64,000 nt of DNA, taken from the NCBI GenBank assembly GCA_943354505.1, contig CALRCE010000003.1, positions 7,255 through 71,254 on the forward strand, given 5' to 3'. The stretch is from Candidatus Peribacteria bacterium (GTDB lineage Bacteria > Patescibacteriota > Gracilibacteria > UBA1369 > 2-02-FULL-48-14). This document shows positions 17,545 through 26,859 of the stretch, piece by piece. The notes below the pieces were generated by a model. The model worked only from the letters and a program-made list of their open reading frames with translations, was not told the origin of the DNA and searched no databases. Numbering within the stretch: position 1 is the first letter of the stretch; each line of letters starts with the position of its first letter. Made by a program: the position numbers and the translations under genes.

Positions 17545-20055
17545 ATGAGCCTTACGCCCACCGCCTTTGTCTTCAAGACCGCGAGCTTCCACCACAAAGA
17601 ACGCCGCGTCGACTTTTCTTATCGCATCACATTCAAAAACAGCAAGCCCCTCAACTTCAAAGAGACCCTCACGCTTCCCAAACAGAAAACTCAGAAACTG
17701 CCGCCCGCGCTGCTCAAAGAGTTGATCAAAAACCTGCACCTCGTTTTAGGCCTGAGCTACTACAAGCTCTACTGCCCGAAGAAAATCGAAGTTCCCTACA
17801 AGCTCACCGAGTGGGAAGCCGGCTTTTGGCACGACCTTTACGAGAGAGGACTTGGCGAATTCTTTTATCGCAACCAAATCGATTACCGTGGGCTCATCCG
17901 CTTCCCGTTCAGCAAAAAAAAGAACCCCTTTGTGCCCGTTTCACTTCCCACCAAAGAGAGCGCGCTTCTGGGCATTGGAGGTGGAAAAGACTCCATCGTC
18001 GCGGGCGAATTCCTCAAAAAAAGAAGACTGCCCCTCACCGGCTTCGTCCTTGAGACCGGCAAGGCCTCGCCCGTTGTCAAAGACGTGGCCAAAACCATGG
18101 AGCTCAAACTCCTCACGGTTAAACGAAGCTTAGACCCCCAACTCTTCAAAACACTGCCCGGCTCCTTCAACGGACACATCCCCATCTCCTCCATCTTCGC
18201 CTTTGTCGGACTCTTCACTGCGGCGCTCTACGGGCACCGCTACGTCGTGGTTGCCAACGAGGCGAGCAGCAGTTTCGGCAACCTCACCTACCTCGGCCAA
18301 GAGGTCAATCACCAGTGGAGCAAGTCCATCGACTTTGAGCGCCGCTTCCAAACGCACACGTGGCTGAATTTGACCCGTGACGTCACCTACTTCTCCGCCA
18401 TCCGCCACCTCTACGAAATCCGCGTCGTGGAAGAGTTCGTCAAGCACCCCAAGTACTTCAAAAAGTTCACCAGCTGCAACCGCAGCTTCCGGGTGGATAA
18501 AGAGCGCCCAAAAACCTTGTGGTGCGGAGAATGCGCCAAGTGCGCCTTCGTCTTTGCGGAACTCGCCGCCTTTTTAAAGCCGGCCGAACTCCTCCCCATT
18601 TTTGGCAAGAATCTTTTCGAAGACGAGGCCCTCCTACCGATGTATAAAGACCTTTGCGGCCTGGGCAAGCTCAAGCCCTTCGACTGCGTGGGCACCTTTG
18701 AAGAGAGCCGCGCCGCCTTGCGTCGTGCCAGCAAAAACTGGGGCAAGGCCAAGCTTCTCAAAACCCTGAATCCTCTCCTCCAGAAAAACTTTCCAAAAGA
18801 CGATGAAGCACCTCTCTTTAAAGTCCAAGATGCACCTTCGCTCCCCGCGCATTTCAAATTTCTCGGCCTGAAAGACGTGCTCATCCTCGGCTATGGAAAA
18901 GAAGGCAAAGTCACCGAAAAGTACCTCAAAAAATTCTACCCGAACTTGCCCCTCCGCATCGGGGACCAAGCGACGAACGCCCACTACCTCGAGCTCCAAA
19001 AGCAAGCAGATTTTGTGGTGAAAACCCCCGGACTCCCCGGCTCCAAAGTCACCGTCCCCTACGCCACTGCGACCCAAATCTTCTTTGCCCACGACCGCCA
19101 CTTTAAATTCGGAGTAACAGGCAGCAAAGGCAAAAGCACCACGGCTTCTCTGCTCGCACACATCCTCAAAACCGCAAAAAAACCAGTCCAACTTCTGGGC
19201 AACATCGGCAGCCCCATGCTCGACGTACTGCTCAAAAAATCGAGCCCAAAAACAAACTACGTGCTGGAGCTTTCCAGCTACCAGTTGGAAGAACTTCGCC
19301 AATCCCCGAACGTCGCCGTGATCACCAACCTCTTCCCCGAGCACATGAACTACCACGGGAACGTGGACAACTACTACGACGCCAAATTGAATCTCCTTCG
19401 GTTCCTCGGACACGATGGCCTCTTCGTCTGCAACACCGCTCATCCTCTCCTTAAAAAATGGAGCAAAATGGGAATGAAAACGGTGCCTTTTTCCAAATGG
19501 GCTCCTGCCAAAACCAACTTACTCGGCGAACACAATCGCTCCAACGCCGCGGCCGCCATCGCCGCCGCCACAGCCGTTTACAAAATCCCAAAAACCACAC
19601 TCAGCAAGGCCGTGGCCAGCTTCCAGCCTCTCCGTCACCGCCTCCAAAAAATCGGCACCTTTCGCGGCATCACTTTTTACGACGACGCCATTTCCACTTC
19701 GCCCGAGTCCACCATCGAGGCCCTCAAAGCCCTCGCTCCGCTCGGGCCGATCGGCACCATTTTCTTGGGCGGAGAGGACCGCGGTTACGACTTCACCGAA
19801 CTTGAAAAAGAACTGCGCCGTCGCAAAATCCCGAACCTCGTGCTCTTCCCAGACACCGGCAAACGCATTCTAAAATCTCGCAAAGGCTTCAAGGTGCATG
19901 AGGCCACTTCCCTCAAAGAAGCCGTCAAGCTTGGTTACAAACTCACGCCAAAAGGCCACATCTGCCTCCTCTCCACCGCCTCTCCTCACGCCTTCGGGAT
20001 GAGTTTCGAAGATCGCGGGGATGAGTTCCAGCGCCTAGCCAAAGCAGCCCGCTAA
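17545..20055 (+). CDS. murD: Fusion protein: N-terminal PP-loop ATPase-like domain (MurL-like candidate) plus C-terminal MurD-type UDP-MurNAc-L-Ala:glutamate ligase
   Basis: 836 aa. The N-terminal half has GIGGGKDS (17971-17994) and CGECAKCAF. The C-terminal half has GVTGSKGKSTT, NLFPEHMNYHG, GEHNRSN and DDAISTSPEST (Mur ligase). Confidence 0.75.
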   Translation: MSLTPTAFVFKTASFHHKERRVDFSYRITFKNSKPLNFKETLTLPKQKTQKLPPALLKELIKNLHLVLGLSYYKLYCPKKIEVPYKLTEWEAGFWHDLYERGLGEFFYRNQIDYRGLIRFPFSKKKNPFVPVSLPTKESALLGIGGGKDSIVAGEFLKKRRLPLTGFVLETGKASPVVKDVAKTMELKLLTVKRSLDPQLFKTLPGSFNGHIPISSIFAFVGLFTAALYGHRYVVVANEASSSFGNLTYLGQEVNHQWSKSIDFERRFQTHTWLNLTRDVTYFSAIRHLYEIRVVEEFVKHPKYFKKFTSCNRSFRVDKERPKTLWCGECAKCAFVFAELAAFLKPAELLPIFGKNLFEDEALLPMYKDLCGLGKLKPFDCVGTFEESRAALRRASKNWGKAKLLKTLNPLLQKNFPKDDEAPLFKVQDAPSLPAHFKFLGLKDVLILGYGKEGKVTEKYLKKFYPNLPLRIGDQATNAHYLELQKQADFVVKTPGLPGSKVTVPYATATQIFFAHDRHFKFGVTGSKGKSTTASLLAHILKTAKKPVQLLGNIGSPMLDVLLKKSSPKTNYVLELSSYQLEELRQSPNVAVITNLFPEHMNYHGNVDNYYDAKLNLLRFLGHDGLFVCNTAHPLLKKWSKMGMKTVPFSKWAPAKTNLLGEHNRSNAAAAIAAATAVYKIPKTTLSKAVASFQPLRHRLQKIGTFRGITFYDDAISTSPESTIEALKALAPLGPIGTIFLGGEDRGYDFTELEKELRRRKIPNLVLFPDTGKRILKSRKGFKVHEATSLKEAVKLGYKLTPKGHICLLSTASPHAFGMSFEDRGDEFQRLAKAAR

Positions 20056-21539
20056 AACTGCACCTTCTTTCGCACCTCTTCGGGGAAAACATTGAACGCA
20101 AACAAAAGCCCGATGTACACGCCTGCGCCCAGCACCGTGAGCAAAGCCACGTTGAAGTTTTGCAGCCCCCACAAATGGTAGGTGGGATCTTTCAAAAAGT
20201 AGACCACCATGCCCATCGCAAGACCCGCCGCCGAGATTTTAACGAAATTCCCCCACTCCACTTTGTAGGCAAGAAAGCGTCGTGCCGTCCAACCGGCCAC
20301 CAGCAAAATAAACACCTCGGTCGCCACCGTAGTCCAAGCCGCTCCACGGAAGCCCCAACGAGGAATAGCCCACAAGTTGATCAAAATATTGAACACCGCC
20401 GCACCTCCGTTGATCCAGAGCAACTTGCTCTGTTTGCCCAGCGCCACCAAAGAATAGTTGTACAAACTGCTGCTGAACGAAATGCACATTGCAATCGCCA
20501 AAACCTGCAACGCAATGTCCGAGCCGTAAATCCCCTTGTCGAGCTGGCTCATGAATTCAGGCTGCGTGATAATAAAAATGATCGGATACGCCAGCAAGTA
20601 GAGCCCGATGGCCATGGGCAAGCCCGCCATGTACAAAAAGTTCATGCACAGCTGCAAAATGCGCTCGACCTTCTTCTTCTCGGTGAGGGAGCGACTGAGC
20701 ACCGGCAAAACACTGTTCATGAAAAAGACCGGGATCACATTCAGGATTTCCAAAATGCGCATGGCCGGCCCGTAGAACCCCAACTCATGCGGACCTTTGA
20801 TAAACAAAATCAGAAGGCTATCGATGTGGAAGTAAACCATGTTGAGGACCAAGGCGATTCCATAGGGGAAAGCGCCCACGATCACTTCCTTCCAGTAGAC
20901 TTTATCGAAGCAAGGCAAGAGTTTAGCGTAACGAGCCGCATAGTAGTAGGTCGCAAGAAAAGAAAAAAGATTCCCAAGGAGCCCCGCGATCATGAGTTGA
21001 TTGAACGAGGTTTGATTGGGCTCACCCACAAAAAAGTAAAAAATCACCGCGAGCATCCAGCCGAAGGAAAGCAGTTTGCCGCTCACCAAGGCCAACGTCG
21101 CATATTGCATCTTGAGCTCCACCTGCAAAACACTCGAAACGGTTCCCTGCAAAATAGCAAAAAACACGGCGAAAGCCGCAATCGAAACACCTTCCGGTAT
21201 GAAGGTTCCTTGATAAGCCGGAATCACAAAAGCTCCGACCACCGCGAGCGCCATGGCCACGGCAGCCGTCACGACGCGCATCCCAAGAATGTTGCCCGCC
21301 ACAAAGTTTCGATCGCGCACGCCACGACTCATTTCGCGCACGCCAATGGTGAACAGACCAAAATCCGCAGCGATTCCAAAGAACCCCAAAAACTCGTAGA
21401 CCGCGGTGTACTGCCCATACCCCTCCACACTCAAAAAATGCGAAATCGATTTAAGGATCCCAATGCTGGTCACCGCCATTATGCCGCGCCCAGCGACTTG
21501 AATCACGGTGTTCCCCAGAATTTTCTTTGCAGTCGTCAT
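20052..21539 (-). CDS. MOP-superfamily flippase (Wzx/MurJ-like polysaccharide or lipid II flippase)
   Basis: Start trimmed to MTTAKKILGNTVIQVAGRG. About 12-14 TM helices. The N-terminus is typical of the oligosaccharide flippase family. Confidence 0.65.
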   Translation of the reverse strand: MTTAKKILGNTVIQVAGRGIMAVTSIGILKSISHFLSVEGYGQYTAVYEFLGFFGIAADFGLFTIGVREMSRGVRDRNFVAGNILGMRVVTAAVAMALAVVGAFVIPAYQGTFIPEGVSIAAFAVFFAILQGTVSSVLQVELKMQYATLALVSGKLLSFGWMLAVIFYFFVGEPNQTSFNQLMIAGLLGNLFSFLATYYYAARYAKLLPCFDKVYWKEVIVGAFPYGIALVLNMVYFHIDSLLILFIKGPHELGFYGPAMRILEILNVIPVFFMNSVLPVLSRSLTEKKKVERILQLCMNFLYMAGLPMAIGLYLLAYPIIFIITQPEFMSQLDKGIYGSDIALQVLAIAMCISFSSSLYNYSLVALGKQSKLLWINGGAAVFNILINLWAIPRWGFRGAAWTTVATEVFILLVAGWTARRFLAYKVEWGNFVKISAAGLAMGMVVYFLKDPTYHLWGLQNFNVALLTVLGAGVYIGLLFAFNVFPEEVRKKVQF

Positions 21540-21672
21540 CGGCGCCCATTGTAAAGCTTCTTCCTCGGCAAAACAAACCCTGGTCTTGTCCCAGCGACAT
21601 GCTCCCACGGGCCTTCACAAAAACGCTATCTTTTTGCTATCCTTTTTGCGACTGACCCTAGCCAGCACCTTC

Positions 21673-21948
21673 ATGCCCGCCACAAAACAGATCATCATTC
21701 GGATCGACCCTAAACTCTACGAACAAGCTCGTTTCAAGTGCCAAAATGAATGGGGCATCGGCCTCAGCCCGCTCCTCAAAGTTTTTCTAAAGGCCTTTGT
21801 CACCCAAGATGGAGTGGGTTTCTGCATCGGAGATCAAAATCTACGCAGAAAGTTCAACAACTGGTTGGTCAAGAAAGGACTCGAGAAAAACCGAAAAGGC
21901 TGCGCGCCGCTCCCCGGCCCTCGTCTCAAAGATCTTTACGAGCTATAA
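21673..21948 (+). CDS. DinJ/RelB-like ribbon-helix-helix protein (orphan antitoxin-like)
   Basis: Start trimmed to MPATKQIIIRIDPKLYEQARFKCQNEWGIGLSPLLKVFLKAFV, which matches the RHH pattern of DinJ/RelB. No adjacent toxin gene. Confidence 0.45.
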   Translation: MPATKQIIIRIDPKLYEQARFKCQNEWGIGLSPLLKVFLKAFVTQDGVGFCIGDQNLRRKFNNWLVKKGLEKNRKGCAPLPGPRLKDLYEL

Positions 21949-21955
21949 TCACCCC

Positions 21956-23041
21956 ATGCAAGAACTCAAAGACCGCCTCAGCGCACTTCAAGAAGAGGTT
22001 AAAAAATCCATCGCCCACCTGGATTTGCCCGGCAAAAAAGACCGTCTCACCGGGCTCGAAGCGGAAATGTCCGCGCCTGATTTTTGGTCGGATCAAGCCA
22101 AGGCCAAAGTCGTGTCCAAAGAGGCAGGCCTCATCCGCAACACCATCGCCGCCTGGGAAGAACTCGCCGCCGACACCCAAGACCTTTGCGAGCTCCTAGA
22201 CCTCACGGACGAAGAAGACAAATCCGCCCTCGCCCAGCTCGAAGCCAGCCTCAAAGAAGTGGAAGCTCAGCACCACAGCCTCAGCGTGCAGCTCTACCTT
22301 TCCGGCCCCTACGACACCGCGAGCGCCATCCTCTCTTTTCATGCGGGAACCGGAGGCGTCGATGCCCAAGATTGGGCCGAAATGCTCATGCGCATGTACC
22401 TGCGTTACTGTGAAAACAAGGGTTGGAAAACCACTCAACTGGATCTGTCCACCGCCGAAACTGCAGGCATCAAGTCCGCGTCCTTTCGCGTTGAAGGCGA
22501 CTACATCTACGGCTACCTCAAACACGAACGAGGAGTCCATCGCCTGGTGCGCATCTCACCCTTCAACTCCAAAGGCACCCGCGAAACCTCCTTTGCAATG
22601 GTGGACGTGTCTCCCGAAATCGAACAAGCCGAACTCGAAATCCGCGACGACGAACTGGACTGGGAATTCATCCGTGCCAGCGGAGCCGGCGGCCAAAACG
22701 TAAATAAAGTCTCCAGCGCCGTGCGCCTCATTCACGTCCCAACGGGCCTCGTCGTGACCTGCCAAACCGAGCGCAGCCAAATCCAAAACCGTGAAAACGC
22801 CCTCAACATGCTCAAGTCCAAACTCCTCGCCATGCAAGAGCAAAACCATCTCAAAACCATTCAAGAGCTCACCGGCGAACACTTCAAAAACTCTTGGGGC
22901 AACCAGATCCGCTCCTACGTGCTCCAGCCCTACCAAATGGTCAAAGACCACCGCACCGATCACGAAACCAGCCAAGTGGATAAGGTCCTCAACGGAGACC
23001 TGGACGAATTCATCGAGGCTGAGTTAAAATCACAGTCATGA
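21956..23041 (+). CDS. prfB: Peptide chain release factor 2
   Basis: Start trimmed to MQELKDRL. SPF motif (RISPFNS) and GGQ (SGAGGQNVNK). The frame is continuous with no programmed frameshift site. TATAAT (21944-21949) lies 6 nt before the ATG. Confidence 0.9.
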   Translation: MQELKDRLSALQEEVKKSIAHLDLPGKKDRLTGLEAEMSAPDFWSDQAKAKVVSKEAGLIRNTIAAWEELAADTQDLCELLDLTDEEDKSALAQLEASLKEVEAQHHSLSVQLYLSGPYDTASAILSFHAGTGGVDAQDWAEMLMRMYLRYCENKGWKTTQLDLSTAETAGIKSASFRVEGDYIYGYLKHERGVHRLVRISPFNSKGTRETSFAMVDVSPEIEQAELEIRDDELDWEFIRASGAGGQNVNKVSSAVRLIHVPTGLVVTCQTERSQIQNRENALNMLKSKLLAMQEQNHLKTIQELTGEHFKNSWGNQIRSYVLQPYQMVKDHRTDHETSQVDKVLNGDLDEFIEAELKSQS

Positions 23042-23541
23042 CCCTCCCCGTCGAGCAAGGCACCGAGAACACCATTCTGCGCACGGTTTCCAAACCGGTG
23101 ACCCAGTTCACCGCCGAGCTGAAGAGTTTTGCCGAAAAAATGATCAAAACCATGCACGCCGAAAAAGGCGTGGGCATCGCAGCCCCTCAGGTTGGCCGCA
23201 ACATTCGTATGGCCATTGTGATGCTGAACCCTGGTGAAAAAAACGAGATCGTCTTCCCCATCGTCAACCCAGTGATTGTGGAGCGGTCTGAAGAAACCGA
23301 AGACGGTGAAGAAGGCTGCCTCAGCCTCCGTGGAGTGTGGGGAAAAGTCGCCCGTGCCTCTCACCTGGTGCTGCGCTTCAAAAATCTCAGAGGACAAGAA
23401 CAAACGCTCGTCTTGGAACACTTCAACGCCCGCATCATCCAACACGAAATCGACCACCTCGACGGGGTGCTCTTCATCGACCGCGCCTTCGACATCGAAG
23501 AGAAGAAACGCATCAAAAAACCAAAGAACGCAGAGATTTGA
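23038..23541 (+). CDS. def: Peptide deformylase
   Basis: 167 aa. Motifs GIAAPQVG, EGCLS and QHEIDHL. 4-nt overlap with prfB. Confidence 0.9.
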   Translation: MTLPVEQGTENTILRTVSKPVTQFTAELKSFAEKMIKTMHAEKGVGIAAPQVGRNIRMAIVMLNPGEKNEIVFPIVNPVIVERSEETEDGEEGCLSLRGVWGKVARASHLVLRFKNLRGQEQTLVLEHFNARIIQHEIDHLDGVLFIDRAFDIEEKKRIKKPKNAEI

Positions 23542-23549
23542 AAGAGGTC

Positions 23550-24098
23550 TTAAGCTTCATCGCCCTCTACAAAAACCCAAGCCGTTACCTCATCTGCTTC
23601 TCGGGCAGAGGTTTGTTCATCGCTAGACAGAGCAGTGTCCATGACTTGCTCAATAAGAGCGCGGTCCCCGCCCTGAGGAAGGTGAGGGGTGAGCTTGCCT
23701 CGAGCCTCGGCACCAAAAGTCTGAATGGCCCAGGCCACAACCACTGCTGCAGAGCGTGGGGTGGCCATCTCCAAAAGTGATAACTTAGTGTCCTCGGGGC
23801 AGCTGGGATTGGCCAATAACCTTTCAATGAACGGAAGGACGCCAGCCTTATTCGTGGACGTGCCAATGAACAAAGAACGGCTCACAAAGGCTTCGTAGGC
23901 ATGGGCCGGCAAGCCCTCCATTTTAGCGGCCTGAAAGGCACCTCGGTCTAGAACCAATTCGGGTAAACTCAACACGGCTGAAGCATCAGCACAAGTGTCC
24001 ACTGCGGCCCTAAAGGCCTGTTCGTCAAAAAAGCCAGAAATAACAGGGCCAACATTGGGTCTATCAGAGAAGCTTGGGCTTGGTGAGGCTGCATTCAT
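23550..24098 (-). CDS. Hypothetical acidic protein, candidate immunity/antitoxin partner of the upstream 878-aa protein
   Basis: 182-aa ORF starting 11 nt after the stop of the 878-aa gene. Acidic C-terminus (EADEVTAWVFVEGDEA). No recognisable domain. Confidence 0.45.
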   Translation of the reverse strand: MNAASPSPSFSDRPNVGPVISGFFDEQAFRAAVDTCADASAVLSLPELVLDRGAFQAAKMEGLPAHAYEAFVSRSLFIGTSTNKAGVLPFIERLLANPSCPEDTKLSLLEMATPRSAAVVVAWAIQTFGAEARGKLTPHLPQGGDRALIEQVMDTALSSDEQTSAREADEVTAWVFVEGDEA

Positions 24099-24109
24099 AA
24101 GTAAAGGGT

Positions 24110-26746
24110 TTAAAGATTGCGGTACACGGCATCGTGACTTCCCATGGTGTCCACGCGGAAACTTTTTGGGTCCCTGACGTTATCGCCAATACGGGCAAAT
24201 ATGATGCGATAATTTCCAGTGATTCTACACGCGTACGTGTTCCCGCCATTGCCTTTCAATCTGTGGAAATCAAGACCTCCGGCATTGGGGTCTTCACCTC
24301 GTATCACGGCGCCGACGGCTCCAAGAGCAGCAAGGGCATCAGCCTGCAGCCCTGCATCCAGCTTATTAAACGCGTTTTGTCCTGAAGGGGCAATATTTAG
24401 CTCGGGGAAACGAGCCACCAAGTCAATTTGTGGAGCAGGACCCTTGCCGTTGGATTCCAGGTCTTTCTTCTGAACATAATCATCCAGGAACTCTCGCATC
24501 ACGGGCTTCCTCCCCTTGGCGAGGGCATTTCTTAAAGCACCAAATAAGCTTCTCCTCTCTTCAAGGGTACAAGCCTGGATCTCCGGCAAAATCTCGTCTA
24601 AGAAGCTCTCCCAAACAGCTCTCTCAGAACCTGCTTCCGCAAGCAGCGCATCAATGGATGCTTGCACCTCATTAGGCCTCCGCACAACATCCGATTGGCC
24701 AGCAGCCAGTTTTTGCTCCAGAGGCGCAACGCCCTCCGCCCAAATAAAGTCGAGAGCCTCCGCAAACTGAGGCCATTTTGCCTTCACAAGGTCGGGGACT
24801 CCCAGCAAGGCATAGTTTATTGTAGTGGAACCACTCTCTTCACGAGCCAGCCTGGCGAGAGTTTTCCCCAGCTCCCCACTAATAGACGAAAGACCTTCGG
24901 TTGCCGCTACGCCCACTCCAGCCATAGCCAGTGCGACAGCATAATCTTCAGGAGACAATGTTTTGCCCTGCACGTCAGCTCCGAGCCAGCTTGACCCTAG
25001 GCCGATCGTAGCATCCGTGCCCGCTTCGCCAAGAGTTGCGGTTAAAGGGTTTGCGCCAGCAGCCACCAATCCTGTGCGGATCAGGCCTCCAGCAGCACCT
25101 CCCACCGCTCCCCCCAGAATCACGGGGACCCCGTATTCGCCAGCCAATTCCTCGGGACTATCCCATCCTTTTCCACTCGCCAATTGAGCGCCTCCAGCAC
25201 TGATCGCACCCGCAAGAGCCAAAGGAGCAGCGCCTCCACCCGTTGCCGCAATCACCCCGAAAGCAACTCCCATTCCAGCCAAAAACAAACCAACAGCCCG
25301 TCCCCCGGCAGCAACCCCTTGAGTGGTTTGGTCAGAAAAGTTAAGCCATCCGGAACCGGTGGCTGCCATCAACTGGTCAAAAGCCAATCTTTTATCTTCA
25401 GACAAAGCCACGCCAGCCAATTCCTCTAAGTCCTCAACAGACATGGCGGAGGCACCACCGCTCATCGCAGCATCAAAATCTGCCGAAGCGGTTTGGAGAA
25501 AAGGAAGAGCAACTTCACACAATTCATTTTGCACGGCAGCAGGATCCAAAACCTCTCCACGCTGGCTCTCTTCAAGATAACGACACGCCGTGTACTGCAT
25601 GGCCAAAGCCTTCATGTCGCAGGGGTCTGCCGAAGTCGCCAGTAAACCCTGCATCGCAGTCAATAAGCTTTTTGTGTCGTCATTTTGTTCTGCTTCTATC
25701 AAGGCGGGCAAATCTGTCGCCCAAGTGCTGCGTTGCTGTTCAACAAAAGCAACGAGAGGGTTCTCCACCCCCTGCCGCTCTTCGTATCGGAGGGCTAAAG
25801 TCTCCCAGTCCAAGCCTTCTTTCAAGAGTTTAATAGCGGTATCCGAGTCCACAAGATCACTATCAATATCACCACCCTCTCCTCGCAAAAAAGTTGCCAC
25901 ACGAGTGTTTAAAGCTTGATAAGAATCCGGATCAGTTTGAGAGCGCAAAGCAAGTTTCAGTCGAATGGAAGAAACGCTGGCGTCCCTAAAACGACGGTAA
26001 CGCCCTTTTAAAACCTCACTTTGGCAGTCATCTTCGTCGATCTCGGCCATTCGTTGCTCAAACCACTCGATAGAATCCTCAGCACTTTTAGGAGCAAGAG
26101 TCGCTTCCACGTAGCCCTCCACGTCCACATCCTGGCCATAGGCGAGGGCATTCACATTCGCCCTAATGCCAGCCGCAAAGTCGGCGAAGAGCGAAACATC
26201 CTCTGCTTGCGCTGTCACCAAAAGACGACGATTTGGCAACGCTTCCCACTCCGTTCCAAGCGGGGCAGTGGCCCCAAGGGCCAGTCCAATTTCATGCAAA
26301 GAAGCATCCGTTTCGTGCATTAAAGCAGCAGCAGAGGCTTCATAGCTGTCAGGAGGGAAAAGAGAAGCCATTGGACGAGTAGGATCGAAAGTTTGAGCAA
26401 GCTCCAGGTAACCGGCAAGAAAAGAAGGATCCGCATACGAGGGTGCAACACCAGCAAAGTCGCCGAGTTCGTCAGGAGAAGGGGCTGTATTTCGAAGCCG
26501 ATCGCGTATGGATAAATACATACCAGCAGCGCCCTCAAATTCACCCGAATTCGCAGCAGTTGCGGTCTCCAAAACACCAGTGGAGGCACGCGAAGCCAGT
26601 CCCAGCTGTTCCATGACCGCAGCATTGCCATACGCTGCCCCAACCCCAAGGGGAATCCCTGAACTCTCTAACGAACCAGAAAGGTCTTGAGAAACATCGC
26701 CAGAACTCTCGTCCGGCTCAGAGTAACGTTGTCTGGAAGCTCCCAT
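24110..26746 (-). CDS. Large orphan protein with a Gly-zipper hydrophobic block and a C-terminal RelE/ParE-fold toxin-like module
   Basis: 878 aa. Residues about 477-618 are Gly/Ala-rich and hydrophobic. The last ~90 aa read LDFHRLKGNGGNTYACRITGNYRIIFARIGDN..FRVDTMGSHDAVYRN, which matches the RelE/ParE core pattern. Confidence 0.6.
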   Translation of the reverse strand: MGASRQRYSEPDESSGDVSQDLSGSLESSGIPLGVGAAYGNAAVMEQLGLASRASTGVLETATAANSGEFEGAAGMYLSIRDRLRNTAPSPDELGDFAGVAPSYADPSFLAGYLELAQTFDPTRPMASLFPPDSYEASAAALMHETDASLHEIGLALGATAPLGTEWEALPNRRLLVTAQAEDVSLFADFAAGIRANVNALAYGQDVDVEGYVEATLAPKSAEDSIEWFEQRMAEIDEDDCQSEVLKGRYRRFRDASVSSIRLKLALRSQTDPDSYQALNTRVATFLRGEGGDIDSDLVDSDTAIKLLKEGLDWETLALRYEERQGVENPLVAFVEQQRSTWATDLPALIEAEQNDDTKSLLTAMQGLLATSADPCDMKALAMQYTACRYLEESQRGEVLDPAAVQNELCEVALPFLQTASADFDAAMSGGASAMSVEDLEELAGVALSEDKRLAFDQLMAATGSGWLNFSDQTTQGVAAGGRAVGLFLAGMGVAFGVIAATGGGAAPLALAGAISAGGAQLASGKGWDSPEELAGEYGVPVILGGAVGGAAGGLIRTGLVAAGANPLTATLGEAGTDATIGLGSSWLGADVQGKTLSPEDYAVALAMAGVGVAATEGLSSISGELGKTLARLAREESGSTTINYALLGVPDLVKAKWPQFAEALDFIWAEGVAPLEQKLAAGQSDVVRRPNEVQASIDALLAEAGSERAVWESFLDEILPEIQACTLEERRSLFGALRNALAKGRKPVMREFLDDYVQKKDLESNGKGPAPQIDLVARFPELNIAPSGQNAFNKLDAGLQADALAALGAVGAVIRGEDPNAGGLDFHRLKGNGGNTYACRITGNYRIIFARIGDNVRDPKSFRVDTMGSHDAVYRNL

Positions 26747-26859
26747 ATGTTTTAATTAAGGTTTAAAACCGTATCAAAATAATATTTATTACGTCAAGCG
26801 AAGTTTTGCGCTCCCTGTCCCATTTCCCCAGGAGCAACGTTTTCAAGCGCAGAGGCCGG

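Noticed and set aside
21797-21955. 5' extension of prfB, and a possible programmed +1 frameshift site
   Set aside because: The extension overlaps the DinJ-like gene in another frame. RF2 reads continuously from MQELKDRL with no in-frame TGA or CTTTGAC-type site, so this prfB is not frameshift-regulated.
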